64,000 nucleotides of DNA from Chiloscyllium plagiosum (Eukaryota). The translations under genes and the position numbers were made by a program. Below the pieces are notes generated by a model that made no database searches, was not told the DNA's origin, and saw nothing but the letters and a program-made list of their open reading frames with translations. The stretch spans positions 279,504 to 343,503 of the forward strand of contig NW_025215381.1 in NCBI RefSeq assembly GCF_004010195.1, in the 5' to 3' direction. This document shows positions 63,694-64,000 of this stretch, piece by piece. Numbering within the stretch: position 1 is the first letter of the stretch; each line of letters begins with the position of its first letter.

Positions 63694-64000
63694 TGTGGAA
63701 TGTTATCTGCCGCCCACAAATTAAATTCAGTCAGTGGAGCAACCACACTGCCAAATCATGGTACAAATTTTCAATAATACCCACTCAATCCAGGAAGCGT
63801 ACTACTGCTTTTTTTTGTTGATGGAAACTCCCCAACTTTCTCTCTTTTTGCACTCCGTGAGGTCATTTCTCCATGTCAAATAACATGGCCCAGGAAGGAG
63901 ACGGGGGCTTTGGTAAATTCACTTTTAGCTAGGCTGATCACCATGCCTGCAACCTTAATTTGATTGAATGATTCTGATAAATGTTGCAAAGGTTCCTTCC

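Overview
This is repeat-dense vertebrate genomic DNA, almost certainly from a shark or other elasmobranch, judging by the HE1-type V-SINEs, CR1/HER1-type LINEs and a GPR139-like receptor. It has five N gaps. The dominant structure is one ~24.9 kb endogenous retrovirus on the minus strand (2160-27075). It is bounded by two homologous LTRs with a matching 4-bp target-site duplication (CTGC), and has a tRNA-His primer-binding site, a polypurine tract and decayed gag-pro-pol-env genes of gamma/epsilon-like (class I) type. About 15 kb of extra sequence lies between its 5' LTR and its gag: a duplicated integrase fragment, an inverted (antisense) patchwork of gag/pol/env fragments from at least two retroviral lineages, and an ~8 kb array of a 33-bp repeat. 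The three main junctions show microhomology. The rest of the window holds a related solo LTR, a 46-bp satellite (~6.7 kb), nested CR1 LINEs, many SINEs, a non-autonomous hAT transposon, and Penelope-like elements with minimal hammerhead ribozyme motifs. There is one apparently intact two-exon class A GPCR gene (59296-62677). All alignments and identity estimates were made by eye; no searches were run.
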